Below, piece after piece: positions 62,974-64,000 of a stretch of 64,000 nucleotides of DNA. Position 1 is the stretch's first letter, and every line of letters begins with the position of its first letter. Source of the stretch: Octopus bimaculoides (Eukaryota); NCBI RefSeq assembly GCF_001194135.2, contig NC_069006.1:11525401-11589400 (forward strand), given 5' to 3'. Under the pieces are notes generated by a model. The model searched no databases. It saw only the letters and a list, made by a program, of their open reading frames with translations, and was not told the origin of the DNA. A program made the position numbers and the translations under genes.

Positions 62974-64000
62974 TCCCCCTACCGCTTGACAACGTGTTGG
63001 TTTATGTTCCATAACTGTAGTTTCGCATAAGAGACCAAAGTACCAGGTTTTAGAAAAAACAAAAGTTATGGAGTCAATTCATTCAGCTAAAACCCCAGCA
63101 TGGCCCACAGTTCAGTGACTGAAACAAGATATATATATATATATCTCACAAGGTCATTTTTCTTTCATTGAAAATGACACCATTCATGTTCTGTAGCAAA
63201 TGGTTCTAAGCAAATGGTTGGGGAGTGGGGGAATGTAGTATTAATGCCATAAATATATGTATACATACACAAACATAAGATGACAATAAAGGAGCTAATA
63301 AAATGAGGTGACAACAACTGATATGAGTATTAAAATGACTTTAAAACTACTTCAGTGAAACGTATGTCTTTGATTGGACTTCATATAAAATATTTGCTTA
63401 TCCAAGTATTTTGGTAGCACCAATAATAATACTGATGTTTGTATTATTGATTGTGAAAAGTCAATACCTTAGATGGATTCATGCTTCTAGAGAGAAAATA
63501 ATTTTTTTCAATATTTATATCAACACTAAGGTGGGGAGCCAGCGGAGTCGTTAGTTTCCGGGAAGATACTTAGAACATGAAGAAGAATGAAATGCAGCTG
63601 AGTTCAAATTCTGTCATGGCTGACTTCATCCTTCTGGGGTTGATAAAGAAAAAAAAGAGAACCAGTTGATGTAATCAACATACCCCCACCCACAAAATTG
63701 CTGGCATTGTGCCAAAATTTGAAATCAATATTTATATCAACACTGATTTCAATAGTTTGAAATCCAATTGTCATCAGCTGTGTTTTTCCTGGTTATGTAA
63801 ATAGTAAATAATAAATAAATAAATATATATATATATATACATATGTTATATATATATATCATCATCGTTGTCGTCATTTAACGTCCGCTTTCCATGTCCC
63901 AGTATCTTTGTTGTTCAGCAAAAAAGACTGATAAAATAAGCACCAGACTTCAAAACACAAGTATTAGTGTTTTGTTTGACTAAACCCTTTAAAGTGGTGC

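Overview
AT-rich, microsatellite- and SINE-dense animal DNA with 9 assembly gaps. The repeat families look like those of octopus, which is an inference from recalled repeat sequences, not a database result. (1) The 3' part of a cyclin L gene lies on the + strand as 8 coding exons (12888-20610), all GT-AG and phase-consistent, ending in an RS domain. Its N-terminal exons were not found and probably lie upstream, so 1-12887 is intron. (2) A CpG-rich interval at about 27.6-35.6 kb holds a 206-bp foldback MITE with an 8-bp TSD and a decayed, near full-length L1/Tx1-like LINE on the - strand (about 28.56-33.6 kb). (3) A CLIC-family gene has an intronless 258-aa CDS (50476-51252, +). A candidate promoter and non-coding first exon lie 16 kb upstream, next to the LINE 5' end. 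(4) Splice-site-bounded segments at 55.1-56.4 kb suggest the 3' end of an unidentified - strand gene. (5) There are many SINEs, RTE/CR1 fragments and piggyBac/hAT/Tc1-type MITEs. I found no clearly new system. The best leads are candidate PTC (poison) splicing events in cyclin L, including a possible decayed duplicate of a coding exon, the CLIC promoter and retrogene architecture, the foldback element, and the - strand transcript.
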